From: Chlamydiales bacterium
GTDB lineage: Bacteria > Chlamydiota > Chlamydiia > Chlamydiales > JAJFMA01
DNA length: 64,000 nucleotides
Assembly (NCBI GenBank): GCA_030679955.1
Contig: JAUXSF010000019.1
Coordinates: forward strand, 35,846 to 99,845
Direction of reading: 5' to 3'
Positions 49,701-58,217 of this stretch are shown here, in pieces. The position numbers and the translations under genes are program-made. The notes under the pieces are model-generated. The model was not told the origin of the DNA. It saw nothing but the letters and a program-made list of their open reading frames with translations, and made no database searches. Every line of letters starts with the position of its first letter. Position 1 is the stretch's first letter.

Positions 49701-51265
49701 ATATCTTCTATCGTATCATAATGTGTGCCTGGAAAGGCGGCTCGAGCGGCTGTTGGGTGATCGGGCGTTAGATACGCGATCTTGTGTTCACATTCGGCAC
49801 CGATACAATCGCTATCTGTAAAGATGTTAGAAGGGGAGGGTGCAGATGACCATAGTCCTGAGCGACCTTCTACATAAGAATGCGCTAAAATGGTTGTATG
49901 TTCTGCCAAAGGCTCGTTTAAATGTGTCAGCTCTTCCAGTGCATAAACAAGCTGAAGGGGAAGTAAAGACTCTTCTTCCTGTCTGTTGATACCTAAAATA
50001 ACTCTCTCGCTAGCAGGATACGCCCAGTCATATAGATTGTTTGCTTGTGCCAAGGAGTGTTCTCCGGAGAGAGAAACTAGCTGGCAATCAGCGCAAGCAA
50101 TGCTCGGAAGCGATTGAAAAGGTTCCAACTGACGCGTGAGGTGTACGCTGTCTGTCAAAAGAATGATGCAGGATCCTGCCACGCACTCATTTTCGCCGGT
50201 GGGGTGTCCATGTGTAACATCGCAGCCGTCGCAAAGAAGGTATGGGATATCCCTTACTACCGTGTCAGTGCGGTTTGCATCGACTATCCTGAAATCCGCC
50301 GCGTTACTTTGATCCGCTAGCACGATCTGTAGATGAAGTTTATCCGCATCACCAAATTCCCCGGAGGTCATTCCAGTGATGGTAGATACATTGCTAGAAA
50401 CAAGTAGTGGAGGAATCGGTTCTTCAAGGCATCCAGGGCATGATTCGTTGGTTTCGGTAGCGACCGAATGCAGTGATGTACCATATCCGGAAGTTTGTAC
50501 TTCAAAACCATAAGAGCCAGAGGCGTCTAAGTAGGCGGGCACATACGAAAGCTGAGATACTGCAGGACGTGTGATCTCGATATCCGATGCTTCATAACGC
50601 TGTGAAGAAGCGATAATGTGGTAAGATGCACCGCTGTCAGCATTCAGGCAGCCATCACAAGCAAACACTGGCACATTGGTTAGCTCAGAAGCTGCTGGTG
50701 CAGCACATTCGTTAGTTAAGTATTGGCGTAGCCAAGGCGATGCAGCAGCAGTGTGGCAGGATTCCCATGATGATGGTGAAGCTTGCGCACAAGTTCCAGT
50801 ACATAGATGAGAGGCTACCGAAGCAACTTTCTTTGCGGTTTCTTGTTGGTAAAGAAATGTACGGCACAAATTAGACGAGTCGTCGCAAGGGACAAATCGG
50901 CAATCCTGTTCGTCTATGCAATTCCTTGCATGTTCGGCGGTGATTTTAAAGCGCTGGTTAGAGGGAGCATCCGCAAACCAATCTACCTCAATATCGTTTT
51001 CGCCGTCGACATCGCTTGGCTTTCTAGCCAAAGGATCGATCTGTCCAGCTACTAGCGCAGAAGTATGGTGGTTAAGAATATTTTTTAAGTGACCACTTGA
51101 TTGCGTGCTTTCATGTATGGGCCAAAAGTGCTCTGCAGCACTGCTAGGAGCTTCACCCGCAACCAAACCTTGGCTGGCGATAAAGACCGGCATGGAGGCC
51201 CACCATAGCTTAGCTAGTAGTGGCTGGCGAAGATCTGGCTTGTGTTTTTCTGTTCTAACAACCAT
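43715..51265 (-). CDS. sctC: T3SS outer-membrane secretin CdsC/SctC with a ~1750-aa N-terminal extension
   Basis: The C-terminal ~750 aa carry secretin N-domains and core (LRQVFLEMLI, NPKI, DVGTTLRVRP, IPCLGGLPIIG, RNLMIFIRPQI). It is the last gene of the chlamydial cluster after pkn5. Confidence 0.92.
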   Translation of the reverse strand: MVVRTEKHKPDLRQPLLAKLWWASMPVFIASQGLVAGEAPSSAAEHFWPIHESTQSSGHLKNILNHHTSALVAGQIDPLARKPSDVDGENDIEVDWFADAPSNQRFKITAEHARNCIDEQDCRFVPCDDSSNLCRTFLYQQETAKKVASVASHLCTGTCAQASPSSWESCHTAAASPWLRQYLTNECAAPAASELTNVPVFACDGCLNADSGASYHIIASSQRYEASDIEITRPAVSQLSYVPAYLDASGSYGFEVQTSGYGTSLHSVATETNESCPGCLEEPIPPLLVSSNVSTITGMTSGEFGDADKLHLQIVLADQSNAADFRIVDANRTDTVVRDIPYLLCDGCDVTHGHPTGENECVAGSCIILLTDSVHLTRQLEPFQSLPSIACADCQLVSLSGEHSLAQANNLYDWAYPASERVILGINRQEEESLLPLQLVYALEELTHLNEPLAEHTTILAHSYVEGRSGLWSSAPSPSNIFTDSDCIGAECEHKIAYLTPDHPTAARAAFPGTHYDTIEDIDHTNTFAGEQLSPTDPSVYCEKDTIGAVTVDIDAVGVLDSASRSFLAIARDRCSNVRNPQGIAQSAPDPKIWNKVEKLTPPTPHVPKQLVETIAGTKAQPTEAKKQQAPDFWSVLDNLVETRQPAYEMGTEVVSTAKTLAPAIMTLTFPGIEPEVVAKARVAEETTITFPGIEPEVVAKEFPGVTLHNDEVFAALLNTMRKDEINAPVSTDPYNLRTEQNSTLSPEVSTRSPVERFQGLVANGSGKPERTALIEKPNYAQILASATTDAFAVAQEPPATKPPATTRVATLSQKHTEMAPHVAMVKESFIAAAPLPKTAVLVQEPLMSAAPMPKAAVLAKEQLISAAPLPKTDVLVKEPLTATAPLPKTDILVKEPLTATAPLPKAAVLVKEQLISTAPLPKTDILVKEPLTATAPLPKTTVLAKEQFVAAAPLPKSDILVKEPLTATAPLPKTTVLAKEQLIAAAPLPKTASVVKESFIAASELPKEKAAAPALDASILTKLQQQALNQMPAPEVVSGLGGSQSFAIENAEAPSLGSNLSFIADKQPVQLEPAGLGTDSVVIANASDSKTLRATYEPKAPPARLIGQEQAEAMGLDTPGLSNQSTFIAAKTDFQTNPGQDIALEEREAADYIDDTTKALRLATQPLGDSAEPLCKPMSSQAGGQAVCYPVCSERTTYPQCNVVGETQKQCFDTTQIKQLTACVDPKGLESVNVKVARRPQEMWSASPGPGSQHVTAEGKVPGGLDIASGRTGVRKGANDEQPQVRELQGGYYYYIGEGPTSSLSTNKDHLQVSGRVTQLPGTSTDVAAENMRVNLHGKEQVGIREYVGRKGDGTLVALAPSIKGGDYRRETPQARVDTSVTLTSTEPEGISTAFGRADLRAGKSKYNFVKVVDVTKPSKARSQAGKVSRVSKNVVADAADKKHRFAVEVTPHSDSSPTMKSLVGPAKQPQQKTTQRRDSLFIDFAHAGDLQDSIGYEPNSFVSVGAPIYDDNDDYEGYDDEPTGVFVIGSYDDQGNFIEYDEDEDVVAYEDLPIGEPGIDPLSRKHSVLGVRREGLLWDGDKPWLDEEETSEIVWDDPTQDDHFEEMQPPDKARKNSPSRVHPTTSGEVAENTKREPEVTLQKKNRTTAIGSGSESEQEPSYAAESSSSNVSNSQVGQPDDEAYEADEESGDTALDEWEKFRSAPGLAPSIKRDLDPRRGLDKTIAQETLFESGVPEPQKQKPAEEKQKQKEKPVIVIEEEEEPQGLLINYRDILMTEYVKFVSQLTNKNFVFNDEDLQFKITVISEQPTSVDNIMAALLQELRIHGLQVIEQGNNIIIHKSDRTRGPVQVVKEGDKAIPHSQLVTRVFQLDSIQAEKMQEIVTPVMSAQALIQVLPETNNLLITDFTDNVDRIADLIHALDMPTTAYEIGQYVGHNNFIENLIPLAEEIIRPFAEKQNIVFVPHLATNSVFVVSSPLLVKRTIGIFEHLDALEGTTKILTLEDLTKGGQALVNPEDKSSDQYQTKEQTEQEKAEEIRARLEREASGERQGGPVDLLPTGQKEVTLPQIIPVPEMTQEEFLAQTKFYIHKLQYRQGDQLQDALTRIGDSLRLSEKASIDLINAINSIQWIESSNSLIVTGTPDALARVRELIEEVDLPLRQVFLEMLILDTSITDSLTYAVDITSNFKGQQVGAAQGFSGGQPSASGAATPLIGAVDLASASSTTDGATSATEALINAATLAAVSTPGYNLGIIGRRILKGGQFFNTMGALVQAVHTDINSEIVLNPKIIVEDNNEAEIFVGENIAFQTQNVVNNDGTIVSQNFEFRDVGTTLRVRPQIGNNNIITLEIEQEVSSTITTQTGGGGGGTGSANISPGPSTATSRTITKVHVPNEFFVVISGMIKEEKKKTRSQIPCLGGLPIIGAAGSRMENTSAKRNLMIFIRPQIVDTEWDFDDITKTQQNIYRDKGRAKPRWKYEADEGLEFMNLPRINERCESNGWLPGYRDDQAPTSCFK
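48242..48787 (-). repeat. 51-bp (17-aa) coding tandem repeat, ~10.7 copies, inside sctC
   Basis: Unit approximately KEPLTATAPLPKTDILV / KEQLISAAPLPKTTVLA. Confidence 0.95.
49151..49262 (-). repeat. Short coding duplication (TFPGIEPEVVAK x2 plus partial) inside sctC
   Basis: TLTFPGIEPEVVAK...TITFPGIEPEVVAKEFPG. Confidence 0.8.
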
Positions 51266-51472
51266 GTGACGCGTTCAAGGCCCCCGTTACCGTTAAGGCA
51301 TAGAAAGTACCTCTTATTGCAGAGGGTTCTATTTATTTCCAATAAAAAATCTCCGATGAAAAAATTACCATATGTATCTAGGAGGCTCGAAGTGGATAAC
51401 ATGGACGTTGGACATAAGGACTTCAAATGACTCGTTACTCTTCTTGCTCTTTTAGGTCGTTTACGTCCTTTT

Positions 51473-51732
51473 GAGGTAATTGCATAAGCCGGTTTTACGC
51501 CGTCCTTACAGAACTCGGCCATCATTTCTGTCTCACCCAGGCCTACGCTTCGCTCCGACCTGGGCTATGATATGCTGGCCTTTCAGGCCGCTAGGACTAT
51601 TCTCAGGCCCGAAGGGTCGACATGGCATAGCCCAGGTCGGAGCGAAGCGTAGGCCTGGGTAAATGAATAAGAGCAGCCGAGTCCTGTAGGGACGGCATAA
51701 AAAAACGTCATAAAGACTTCTGTAATTACCTC
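51473..51732. repeat. REPIN-like nested palindrome between pkn5 and sctC
   Basis: Perfect 35-bp inverted repeat (51535-51569 / 51626-51660). Outer 27-bp IR with 3 mismatches (51493-51519 / 51676-51702). Outermost GAGGTAATT / AATTACCTC. Confidence 0.85.
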
Positions 51733-51754
51733 TTTTGGTCCTTTGCGCAAAAAA

Positions 51755-53362
51755 TTATATAACGCGCTGAATGGTCACAAGGCTGATAGGTCTACGTTCG
51801 GCCTTTAGGCCTTCTTTGGACGAAGCGCGGCGAATAATGGCCTCGGCCTGCTTTTGAGGGGATAGATCGGAGAAGTCGTCCAAGATTTCAACGAATTCAT
51901 TTTCATCAAACGCCACATTAACAGCGGCAGCGCTGGAGAGTGCATTGGTATGAATGTAAACCATATCTTTCACATTCCAATGGTCGATGACTTCCGTAAA
52001 TTCGGAGAATAATTTAACTCCAAGAGCTGGATTATTTGAGACAATTTTATGTGGTCGTTTGTCCGAACTGTTGATGGTCCAGACATTAGAAGGTCCACAT
52101 GAAATTACCTGCATGCGGTTTTCTCGCGGTGACAGTACCACATAGCTGAGAGAAAAGATTTTGTTGCAGGCATCGCGAACAACGAGGTCGTTTAAAAAGG
52201 TAATTAAGCTAACGGGTTTGGTGGTTAGCCGGCACAGTGTACGGATCATGCCACGCAGTACCGCGGTATACATAATTCCTTCGACGCCCTTTGAGGAGGG
52301 TTCTGCGACAACAATACCGAAGCGTTTTTCTGGCAAGGGGAAGAAATCATAATAGATGCCGCCGATACTAATGCCCCGATAGGTCGCTATACCAATATTA
52401 AGCTCCGGCCAATGCGGCGGCTGGCTGGGCAATAGCTGCATCTGTGCTTGTTGTAGGTGATCTGAAAGCTCACTGATTTGGTCGGCGCTTTTACGTTCCG
52501 TTTCCACGCTTGCAGAGTTAAGGTAGGAGGAGAGGTCGGTGATAAAGTCTACAACGTCCTGGTAGCGATCCTCAGCGCGTTTTTGTAGCGCTTTGGCAAG
52601 TATCTTGTGCAGACCTTTTGGCATCAGGGCTAGATGTATCTGACCTTGGCTGAGTTTTCCTAACACGAGCTCATAGGCAATAATGCCTAAGGAGTAGATG
52701 TCTGAGGCATAAGAAACCATATCGGGGTTGCTATGCTGCTCAGGACTCATGTAGATGGGTGTTCCAACCAGCTCCGATCTCTCTCCACGTCTATGAGGGG
52801 ATTGGTCGGCGTCGGAGAGCATCTGTGCTACTCCCAGATCGATCAGCTTGATGGTCCCTTGTTCCGTCAGCAGGATATTTTCTGGTTTAAGGTCCCGGTG
52901 GATGACCCCCAGAGTATGCAAGTGGCAGAGCGCGTAGGCTATTTCTAGAATAATCTCTACGGCACGGCGCAGGGAGACGGGATTGTGCTCAATAATGCTA
53001 TGCAGTGACCGACCTTGAATAAACTCCAGAGCGATGTAGGGTCCCTCTTCCCACTCTTCATGCGCATAGAGGGTGACAATATTTGGATGGTCAGAGAGCT
53101 TTAAGATGCGCGCTTCGTTGTTGAATTTCCGCACAACCTCGTGGCTCGCGCGCAAATGTGGCTTAAGAGTCTTGATAATGAGAGGGTCTTTCGTGGTGGG
53201 ATGAGACGCTAGGTAAAGAACGCTCATTCCACCTTCGCTATACTTGCCTTCAATGGTGTAGCCGCCAATGACTTTTGGCGTAGGTTCGGTCGTAGAAGAG
53301 GCTGGGGGGAGCCCTTTGACCCCTGGCAGAGTATTTTGCTTATGAAATTCCGGCTCTGACAT
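51755..53362 (-). CDS. pkn5: Ser/Thr kinase Pkn5 with a degenerate PP2C/SpoIIE-like C-terminal domain
   Basis: HPNIV, HRDLKPENI, DLG, GTPIYMSPEQ and SDIYSLG motifs. Syntenic between cdsQ and cdsC. Confidence 0.88.
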   Translation of the reverse strand: MSEPEFHKQNTLPGVKGLPPASSTTEPTPKVIGGYTIEGKYSEGGMSVLYLASHPTTKDPLIIKTLKPHLRASHEVVRKFNNEARILKLSDHPNIVTLYAHEEWEEGPYIALEFIQGRSLHSIIEHNPVSLRRAVEIILEIAYALCHLHTLGVIHRDLKPENILLTEQGTIKLIDLGVAQMLSDADQSPHRRGERSELVGTPIYMSPEQHSNPDMVSYASDIYSLGIIAYELVLGKLSQGQIHLALMPKGLHKILAKALQKRAEDRYQDVVDFITDLSSYLNSASVETERKSADQISELSDHLQQAQMQLLPSQPPHWPELNIGIATYRGISIGGIYYDFFPLPEKRFGIVVAEPSSKGVEGIMYTAVLRGMIRTLCRLTTKPVSLITFLNDLVVRDACNKIFSLSYVVLSPRENRMQVISCGPSNVWTINSSDKRPHKIVSNNPALGVKLFSEFTEVIDHWNVKDMVYIHTNALSSAAAVNVAFDENEFVEILDDFSDLSPQKQAEAIIRRASSKEGLKAERRPISLVTIQRVI

Positions 53363-53367
53363 GGATA

Positions 53368-54564
53368 TTATCCAAGTTCTAAAACGCGTACGCCAAGGGC
53401 TTCGCCAAGTTTAAGTAGTTCGCCGCGCCCTATGCATTTGCCATTGACGACTAGGTCTACGCCTTCTTCAGGGTTTACTTCGAGCTCTAATAGCTGTCCA
53501 GGCTGCAGTTGCATGAGCTTTTCCAGTCTCATCTGGATGCGTCCAACTTCCACAGTTACGGTAACAGGAATATCCTTGGCACGATCGCCTAAAGCAGGTC
53601 CGCTGGCTGGTGTTGGCGCTGCGGCTTCGTCATCCGAGCCCTCATCTGTGGTGCTTTCCAGGTCTACATCGGTGTTCATGTCATCTTCGAAGTCGAATTC
53701 TTCATCTTTGCTGCTCATAGGAGTCTCGGTTGGATGGTATAGTGGGTATTCAAGGACTTTCACTTTCGTTTCTTTCAGCATTCCGCGGAATATGGGAACG
53801 CCACGCACGCTCATGGTTACACGCCCCTTATCTTCGCCGGGCAATACGGTGCATGTATCGAGGATCAGAAAGTCCCCTGGATGTACTTTTTCGAGCTCTC
53901 GAACTGGTAGGGTGAGCTTACCAGCCTCAAAATGCACGGTAACTTCTAGGTTTTGTGCTGCCTCAGAGGAAAAGCGTGCGATTCTGCCGGATGTTACGAA
54001 GCGTTTCTTCCAGTCTTTCACAAGGTCTTCTGAAGCGACCAAGTGGCCCTTAAGTTCAATGCCAAGTAGGTTAAGATCTACCTCCAGCGACATAGCGGTG
54101 CCACTAGGCAGCTCTTCGGAGTCCAGCACACTTAGAGCGTAGTCGCCTTGAAAACCTAGATCTGCTAGCGCGTTCGTTAGAGCAATGCCAACAAAGCGGA
54201 AAAAGCCTTTTTGAAAGCCTTTGTCGCTGTAGTCTAGTGGTTCATGTTTCTTAGTCAGGAGGGCAGCCATTAAGATGGCCACATCTTTCTCCGACATCAC
54301 CCACGCTGCTTGGCCGGGGAGTGCAGAGAGAGCAAAGTTGATAGCCCAGGGGCCGCGGCCTAATAGGGACGCTAGCTCTTTTTCGGTATGCCAACTCGCT
54401 GGCCCTGTATGGATTTCCAGGTCAGACATTTCGAAACGCTGAGCGAGTTGGGTTGAAAGTCCCTCCCATGAGAAGGCCTCCGGTCCACCGGTTGCTGAGA
54501 GGTCTTGTATATGTACTAGTTCCGGTTCCAGTACTTTAAGCCAATTATAGCTTGTCGCTGCCAC
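53368..54564 (-). CDS. sctQ: T3SS C-ring protein CdsQ/SctQ
   Basis: C-terminal SpoA/FliN domain (IPVTVTVEVGR...VDLVVNGKCIGRGELLKLGEALGVRV) and synteny. Confidence 0.92.
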   Translation of the reverse strand: MAATSYNWLKVLEPELVHIQDLSATGGPEAFSWEGLSTQLAQRFEMSDLEIHTGPASWHTEKELASLLGRGPWAINFALSALPGQAAWVMSEKDVAILMAALLTKKHEPLDYSDKGFQKGFFRFVGIALTNALADLGFQGDYALSVLDSEELPSGTAMSLEVDLNLLGIELKGHLVASEDLVKDWKKRFVTSGRIARFSSEAAQNLEVTVHFEAGKLTLPVRELEKVHPGDFLILDTCTVLPGEDKGRVTMSVRGVPIFRGMLKETKVKVLEYPLYHPTETPMSSKDEEFDFEDDMNTDVDLESTTDEGSDDEAAAPTPASGPALGDRAKDIPVTVTVEVGRIQMRLEKLMQLQPGQLLELEVNPEEGVDLVVNGKCIGRGELLKLGEALGVRVLELG

Positions 54565-54571
54565 GATTTAT

Positions 54572-55474
54572 CTATTCCTGTTGCTGCTGCTGTCGTCGTT
54601 GTTGTTGACGTTCATCTTGCGTTTGTTCTTCACGTTTCTGTTGTTGTTGCCCGGGCTGCGGTGCGGGGGCTTCTGGTAATGGGCGCGTATAAGCCTCAGT
54701 GGTAGTCACGACGATATGCGCGGTATACCCTTGAGTTTCCAACGCCGCCATTAAGTTTGCCCGCTGACTATCCAGCAAAGTCTTAGCTTCCTGCGACAAG
54801 TTCGCAAAGGCTATATTAAACTCGCCCCTAGCAGTGTTGTAGGAGGTGACGACTAGTTCACTTCCTGCAAAAACTGGCGGGTTTTTAATTGTCATCACTG
54901 TGTCAGTAATGTCGCCCATCCTAACGGTGTATAATTTGTCCACTATTTGGTCAACTAGTGTTTGCAGCGACGCCTGCATAGCCGTAGGTTTCGCATCAGT
55001 AACTGGCACACGTACATCCGACACGCTTAGGTGTTGTGGGTGTACCGATGTTAGGTCTTCATGAACCTGTTGAAAGGAGCGGCCTTTCACCACCGGCTCA
55101 TCCGAAGCATTTTTCTCCTTGGCAACCGGTAAACCTGACAGGTCTGTCGATGCTTCTGCATCCATGCCGCTTTCCTGCTCCTGCTTACCCTTACTTTGTC
55201 TGGCAAGATCAAACGGAGAGTCGTGTCCCCCTTGGCCTGCTTGCTCTTGTACAGACTTTTTAGAGGCCATATCGAAGATGCTTTTGGGGCCTTCGGCTAC
55301 ATTGGAATCGTCATCATCGTCGTCACGCTTGGTCGAGCGGTCGCGGCGTCTATCCACTAGCTTCTTAAAGTCGTCCTTGTCTTCCGGAATACGTGATGGC
55401 CTTTCCGATCGCGATGTACTAGCCACATCCCTTCGGCTACCTAGTCCCGAAATGGGTTTATCGAGATCTGACAT
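54572..55474 (-). CDS. CT671-like protein (putative needle-length ruler CdsP)
   Basis: Disordered N-terminus, FliK/T3S4-like C-terminal domain (EFNIAFANLS) and Gln-rich tail. Lies between cdsO and cdsQ. Confidence 0.75.
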   Translation of the reverse strand: MSDLDKPISGLGSRRDVASTSRSERPSRIPEDKDDFKKLVDRRRDRSTKRDDDDDDSNVAEGPKSIFDMASKKSVQEQAGQGGHDSPFDLARQSKGKQEQESGMDAEASTDLSGLPVAKEKNASDEPVVKGRSFQQVHEDLTSVHPQHLSVSDVRVPVTDAKPTAMQASLQTLVDQIVDKLYTVRMGDITDTVMTIKNPPVFAGSELVVTSYNTARGEFNIAFANLSQEAKTLLDSQRANLMAALETQGYTAHIVVTTTEAYTRPLPEAPAPQPGQQQQKREEQTQDERQQQRRQQQQQE

Positions 55475-55564
55475 GTTTACATCTCCTTATTTGCGAGAAA
55501 GTAGGGGGAGGCGGCCTCAGCTTATAAAAATAGCTATCTGGGCTTCTGATCCTGTCTTTTTCCC

Positions 55565-56059
55565 CTAGTATCCTCTTCGTTTGCGGAGGTTAAATACCAG
55601 CGAACCGATTTCATCCTGCTCGCGTCCCTCCTCGATCTCTATCTCTTTCCGTCGCTCTTTCATCCAGTCTGCACGGTGGGTTAATAGCTTGTCCACGTCT
55701 TGCCGCCGTTGCGCCAGCTCTTTCTTGGCTACTTCGACGTTACGTTTGGCCAGTTCCACCTGCTCCTGCTGTTCGGCTACTTTCTTTTCCTCAACGATTA
55801 CTTTTTCCTGGCAGAGCTTTAAATATACCTTGGCCTGTTGGATCTTATCTGTTGTCGTTCCCGTATCCATTTCATGCCGCAGTTGTGCCAGCTTATCGTC
55901 GCGGTGCTGTTTAACTCTATCGCGTTCGGCTTCTTTCTCAGCTAATACCTTTAACTCTTTCTGTAGGGCCTCTTCTTTGGCCTTTACATTGCGTTCGGCT
56001 TCGTCTACCCGCTTCCGCTTAATATCTATGATTTTCGCCAGCGGATATTCAATTGCCAT
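55565..56059 (-). CDS. sctO: T3SS stalk protein CdsO/SctO (CT670-like)
   Basis: Coiled-coil protein with a YPL N-terminus and EQDEIG C-terminus, directly after the ATPase. Confidence 0.85.
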   Translation of the reverse strand: MAIEYPLAKIIDIKRKRVDEAERNVKAKEEALQKELKVLAEKEAERDRVKQHRDDKLAQLRHEMDTGTTTDKIQQAKVYLKLCQEKVIVEEKKVAEQQEQVELAKRNVEVAKKELAQRRQDVDKLLTHRADWMKERRKEIEIEEGREQDEIGSLVFNLRKRRGY

Positions 56060-56071
56060 CGTAGTCCATTG

Positions 56072-57406
56072 TTATTTTAGCGCTGCACGTAGCAGACGCA
56101 TCGTCTCTTCAAAAGAGCACTTCTCATCCACAGATTGTTTAAGGAATCGGTTAACGGAGTCAACGTGGTCAATGGCAAAGTCCGCAGCTTTATCCGAGCC
56201 CCTTTTGTACTCACCAATTTTGATGAGAAGTTCGTTCTTCTTATAGTTCGCTAAAACCTCTTTTAGCTGTCCCACCAGTGCCAAGTGTTCTTTATTGACA
56301 ATGGACGTCATAACCCGGCTGGCAGATGAGAGTACTTCGATAGCAGGGTAATGGTAGGAACGCGCTAGCTCGGCAGACAATATTATGTGTCCGTCGAGGA
56401 TGGAACGCACTTCGTCGGCAACAGGCTCGTTCATGTCATCGCCAGCAACCAGTACGGTATAGAAAGCGGTGATACTACCTGTGTCGGAACGTCCGGTGCG
56501 CTCGAGTAACTTGGGCAAGGTCGAAAACACGGAAGGTGTATAACCAGCACGTGCAGGGGGCTCGCCCGCAGCTAGACCTACTTCCCGCAAGGCTCGCGCA
56601 AAACGTGTGACCGAGTCCATCATCAAAATGACGGACTTGCCCTGGTCACGGAAGTACTCAGCAATTGCTGTGCCTACATAAGCGCAGTTTAAACGAAGTT
56701 GTGAAGACTGGTCAGATGTAGAAACGACTAAAACAGAGCGCTTTAAGCCTTCAGGCCCTAAGTCCTTCTCAATAAAGTCGCGCAATTCACGTCCACGCTC
56801 ACCAACCAGGCAGATAACGTTAACATCCACCACAGCGTTCCGCGCGATCATGCCAAGCAGAGTCGACTTACCACCACCAGCCGCAGCGAATATACCAATA
56901 CGTTGGCCAATACCAGCGGTAAGCACCGCATCAATGGCTCGCACACCCACTTCGATAGGCTTGTCGATACGTTTACGTTTTAAGGGATCGGGCGCAGCTC
57001 GTATAACAGGTGCTACTTCAGTAGTGATCAGCGGACCTCTCGTCGCTTCATCAAGGGGCTCACCAAGGCCATCGAGAACGCGACCGAGTAATTCATTGCC
57101 TACTTTGATGCTCAACGGCATTTTCGTTGCGATAACTTCGCAAGAAGGTCCAATCCCGGCCATCTCCCCCAGGGGGGAAAGAAGCACCTCATTACGTGTA
57201 AAACCCACGACCTCGCAACGCAGAGGTAGTTCGCCTTCACGCATTACCAGAACCACTTCGCTGATCTTCACGCCTGGCACAACGGCTCTAATTAGCGTAC
57301 CGATAACCTCGGTAATACGCCCGTTAACCGTCGTAAGCTTGATGTCATCAAGCTTAGCAAAAATTGAATCTAATTGCTCGTCTAGGTCCATAGCGCGCTC
57401 TTCCAT
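56072..57406 (-). CDS. sctN: T3SS ATPase CdsN/SctN
   Basis: AAAGGGKST Walker [18 protein letters not shown] and [11 protein letters not shown]. Confidence 0.96.
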   Translation of the reverse strand: MEERAMDLDEQLDSIFAKLDDIKLTTVNGRITEVIGTLIRAVVPGVKISEVVLVMREGELPLRCEVVGFTRNEVLLSPLGEMAGIGPSCEVIATKMPLSIKVGNELLGRVLDGLGEPLDEATRGPLITTEVAPVIRAAPDPLKRKRIDKPIEVGVRAIDAVLTAGIGQRIGIFAAAGGGKSTLLGMIARNAVVDVNVICLVGERGRELRDFIEKDLGPEGLKRSVLVVSTSDQSSQLRLNCAYVGTAIAEYFRDQGKSVILMMDSVTRFARALREVGLAAGEPPARAGYTPSVFSTLPKLLERTGRSDTGSITAFYTVLVAGDDMNEPVADEVRSILDGHIILSAELARSYHYPAIEVLSSASRVMTSIVNKEHLALVGQLKEVLANYKKNELLIKIGEYKRGSDKAADFAIDHVDSVNRFLKQSVDEKCSFEETMRLLRAALK

Positions 57407-57484
57407 TTTTTCGCTTCATATGAGCAGCCAGGCACCCTTTGGATAGGTGTCAGCACGTTTCAGCGGCTTAATAAAAGACCGCTA

Positions 57485-58168
57485 TTATACTTGTACGTTC
57501 ATCAGCGTTTTAATCGATTCTAGAGACTTGTTCAGCAAGCTGCTGAATAATTCCAGTTCTTGTGTGATAAAACCCATTTTTAATTGCAGCATCAGCATAT
57601 TGGCACCGGACATTTGGTCTTTATTGTCCTGAAATTTAGTAACTTCACCCGCCAACGATTCTAATTGGCTTTGTCCGTGAGTTAGGTGATTAATAAAGTT
57701 CTGGAGTGGTCCAACAAGCCCTTGAGGCTTCTCTGGAGGAACATAGTCGACTCCAACCTTGGAGAGAGCGACCTTAAGACTTTCGTCAATGTGCGTAAGC
57801 TTGCTGCGCAGAACATTCTGAACAGAGCCTTTGAGCTCCAAATTCGGCATGGAAAGCTTGCGCTTCACCGAATCGATCTTCTCAATTGCTTTCTCTGCTT
57901 GGGCAAGCAGGCTGTTCAGATTAGTGCCTTCGGAAGTCTTCTCCACACGCCTTTGCGCGCGTTGAGCCTCTTCCATCGGCGAGGGTTTTCTAGCCTCTTC
58001 TAATCGCGAAACTTCTATCTTGTCTTGTCTTTCGACCTTTTGGGTCATCAGACGTTCAAAATACTCAGCATTCGGTAGGATTTTATCAAAATGTTCGATC
58101 TTCTCAGCTTGCGCTAGAGAGGAATCGATCTTGCTGATCTTGAGTACTTTTTCGCTTTGATCTGACAT
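57485..58168 (-). CDS. CT668-like T3SS-associated protein
   Basis: Syntenic between cdsG and cdsN. C-terminus QELELFSSLLNKSLESIKTLMNVQV resembles a rod/needle-like helix. Confidence 0.75.
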   Translation of the reverse strand: MSDQSEKVLKISKIDSSLAQAEKIEHFDKILPNAEYFERLMTQKVERQDKIEVSRLEEARKPSPMEEAQRAQRRVEKTSEGTNLNSLLAQAEKAIEKIDSVKRKLSMPNLELKGSVQNVLRSKLTHIDESLKVALSKVGVDYVPPEKPQGLVGPLQNFINHLTHGQSQLESLAGEVTKFQDNKDQMSGANMLMLQLKMGFITQELELFSSLLNKSLESIKTLMNVQV

Positions 58169-58217
58169 TTATTCTCTCCTCTTTTTCAAGAGGTCGCATT
58201 AGGTACCCTAATGATTA

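Noticed and set aside
51214-51662. Short ORFs between pkn5 and sctC
   Set aside because: They start in or run through the palindromic element and show no protein-like features.
53432-57446. Long plus-strand ORFs opposite cdsQ, cdsO and cdsN
   Set aside because: They are antisense open frames of conserved T3SS genes.
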